From positions 37,194 through 101,193 of the forward strand of contig ADNK01003167.1 of the NCBI GenBank assembly GCA_000320545.1: DNA of 64,000 nt, given 5' to 3'. This document shows positions 61,106 through 64,000 of the stretch, piece by piece. The notes beneath the pieces are model-generated. The model was not told the origin of the DNA and ran no database searches. It was given only the letters and a program-made list of their open reading frames with translations. How positions within the stretch are numbered: position 1 is the stretch's first letter; each line of letters starts with the position of its first letter. This stretch comes from Bigelowiella natans CCMP2755 (lineage: Eukaryota > Protista > Cercozoa). The translations under genes were made by a program, and so were the position numbers.

Positions 61106-62031
61106 CCGAAATTAACAGCTACAAATGTTATTAACCTCTCCTTTCTTGGTGCAGCCGGCCAAGGTTGTTTCTGCAAGGCGCCGTCGTTTACAAGCACTGC
61201 CCCCAACATCGACATTAGTCTGATACATCCATACATATGATTAGATTAATGATGATGCGTATTGATGATCTCGCATATTAGTAAATTGGTTAAGAATATC
61301 CCGTGACAGTGAAATCAGAGAGGAAACAAAATGATGACTACCTTTATGACTAGTGGAGATGATGATGGCGAAGACGATGATGAGGATGACAGCAGCAGTG
61401 TTTTCTCCATCATCATTACTGCGGAAATGGAAACAGCATGTTCAACAATAAAAATCATAAAAAGCAGCGACAGTAAGAAATAAATAACAATACGGAGAGG
61501 GAGGAAGCAGAAGATCGAGCTAATATAGAAGAAAGGAAGGCTTTATAAATTGTAACAAGCTGCTCCCCCTCTCTCTTCGTTGGACCTTCTTCAAACCTTC
61601 ATTCTTCAAACCTTGCAAATTGCTCGAATATGGCGCCAAGCGGTTCTGCTCTTAGTGGCGTCCTCTGCTCAAAATGACAGGAATTACCATGTCGCACCTG
61701 ATAAATCGATACGTTATTCTCATTCCTGCTCCTCAATGGCGTTCTTTGTTCGTAATGACAGTAATTATCATGTCGCAGGTGATAAATCAACAACATTTCC
61801 CCTAAAATAATTCCAGCGCTGCCGTGCTGCGAGTATCCAAGATTGTCTCCTCCCCTCCTTCCTCCCGACGTTTGTATTGTTGCACGTATCAGCACACAAA
61901 TAGAGAGAGTAACGTTACAGACAAACAAGAAACATATCAAGAGTAAACAGCAGCCATTTTCTGTTACTACTACTGGCTCGCTGCTCATTTGTAAAGAATA
62001 CATGTTAATACCAGAGGCAAAGACGACGAAG

Positions 62032-62909
62032 ATGGTGGAGGAGGAGGTCCCTTTCTACCATCCATCTCTCAAATCAATCTACCTGCTGTGCAATCATCAA
62101 CCGACATGCTTTTTTTGTGTTCCTTTTATTTTCCCTTCGATTCTTCATGATGTCGTTTCCTCTTTCTTCTTCTTCTTCTTCTTCTTCTTCTTCTTCTCGC
62201 GTTGTTCTAGGGACAGTTGCTCATCCACCTGGTGCAGACTGGAGATGGCAAGAGACTGCAAGAAGCCCTTCTTAAACAACAGCAGCAGAAAAAGAAGAAA
62301 GAAGTTCAGTGTGGGGAGGCTAAAATGGAACTGCGAGCCGTAGAATACGCTGACAAAAACGGGTAAGTAATAAGTGTGTTACTTGCAAGAATTTTAGTAA
62401 GGAGTTGTTAAGTACGTAAGTACGTGGTGGTGGTGGTGGCAAAGTTGTAGCTGTTGCTTAAGATAGAGCACAACAAGCAACTTATTCTCAGGTATACTCC
62501 ATTACATTGGGCTGCACATTGCGATGAGGCACTCATGGCAGCAAATCTCATACATTGTGGAAATGCAGAACCGAACGCCAGGACAAAACGCGGGGTGGGT
62601 AGTGCTCCATATTTATGCTGCTTATTCCTCCTTCTATATTAGCCCTTTGCTATGAGAAGAAGAAGAAAAAGAAGAAGAAGAAGAAGAAGAACAACAACAA
62701 CAAGGGCCTGTTGAGATGCGATGTATGGACGGATGGAATCGTGTATGAGCATACGTTTGATCAAAGTCACTCAGTATCCAAATAATGTATATTTTCTGCT
62801 TTTGACGAAAGTCACTCAATATCCAAATAGTGCCTATTTTCTGTTTTATAACCCTGACGCTCGATACATACATATATATTTTATATAACTCATATGTTCA
62901 CTCATATTA

Positions 62910-62953
<44 letters not shown>

Positions 62954-64000
62954 TGCCGATGGTTACTGCCATCACTGAACTCCACAAATTCAGGAAACCT
63001 TCATTCATCGTGCTGCTGCTCGTAATGCCCTGAGATTATTGCGTGCACTTCGCATAAGAAGCCAAGAAGAAGAAGAAGAAGAAGAAGAAGAAGAATTAGG
63101 TGGTGGAACTGACAAACTCTCCTCCACCACCACCACAACCACACCTAGCCCCACCTCTTGTATTCCTATCAACAAGGTACGTGCGTACGTCAACGACTCA
63201 CCAACAATTGTGAGGAGAGGGACGAGCATCATAATGCCTACATAAGTAGTAGTAGTAGTAGTAGTAGTAGTAGGAAAAGTAGTCCGTAGTAGTAGCGGTG
63301 ATGACAATGGTAGTAGTAATAATAGTAATATTGGGGATTGGATAAGATATCCAGTATTATTCAATTGGGTGCCTTGGCTGCTGCACACATCATAAGATAA
63401 CACATCCAAAAGCAGAATTATATCATTACTACTGCCAAACAATTCCGTTGATCATTGCTTATCATCATCTGCACATCAATCACTCACTACTATCACCAAG
63501 GATATTCTCGAAGCAACCAATAGCTGGAATGAACGTGCATTACATATAGCAGCTGCTGGGGGACACAAGGCAGTACTTGAGGCGCTGGTAGATAGTAGTA
63601 GTAGATATCATTGACTACGTATAGAGTAGTAGTAGTAGAAGTAGTAGCAGTAGTACTACTATTATTAGGAGCTAATAATAATAATAATAATAATAATGAT
63701 AATAATGTCTTATTCTGTCCTACCACTGCAGGTTGTGCTCAAGGCTGACGTCAACGCGGTTGATAAATGGGGTCGTACACCTCTCAAGGTTGCCTCCTTC
63801 TCCACCTCCTCCCCCTCCTCTTTTCTAGCTCTAGTAGAGACTCTATTATGAGATTGGTTTGAGTGTAAGAAGATAGATCATGCTCTCAACGTCCCCCACC
63901 CAACAAAATACAATTTTTGTCTGTGGCTATTTCCTCTCTCTCTCTCTCTCTTTCTGTCTGTGGATATATACCCTCTCTCTCTATCTCCTATTGAATGGGG
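62032..64000 (+). CDS. Ankyrin-repeat protein (runs off the window; start approximate)
   Basis: DKNG|YTPLHWAA..D...A.NLI..GNAEPNARTKRG, ETFIHRAAARN, NSWNERALHIAAAGGHKAVLEAL and ADVNAVDKWGRTPL. Confidence 0.9.

Overview
Eukaryotic nuclear DNA from an intron-rich, microsatellite-saturated protist-type genome; the lineage cannot be fixed from this window. About 11 spliced genes were read by hand from GT-AG exons and motifs. In order: an EEF1AKMT4-like methyltransferase (5' truncated), a DENN-domain protein, an orphan membrane-anchored coiled-coil protein, a voltage-gated K+ channel that appears to carry two complete 6TM/GYG domains, a DUF3405-like secreted protein, an organellar seryl-tRNA synthetase, a DHRS12-like SDR, an AAAP amino-acid transporter, an SLC49/FLVCR-type MFS transporter, dCMP deaminase and an ankyrin protein (3' truncated). 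The most striking signal is intergenic. Kilobase islands (about 11.4-13.8 kb, 16.2-17.7 kb and 49.9-50.7 kb, with a weaker one at 4.1-5.6 kb) have almost no TpA (2 TpA counted in about 2,360 bp in the strongest), while CpG is abundant and TpG/CpA are inflated. Surviving TpA are disproportionately in CTAG, repeat copies differ by TG versus CA at matching positions, and the islands contain decayed Copia/Gypsy-like and TIR-element remnants. This points to a repeat/intergenic-targeted TpA->TpG/CpA (A-to-G) hypermutation process running in the opposite direction to fungal RIP. All counts and exon calls are manual, and gene ends are approximate where stated.
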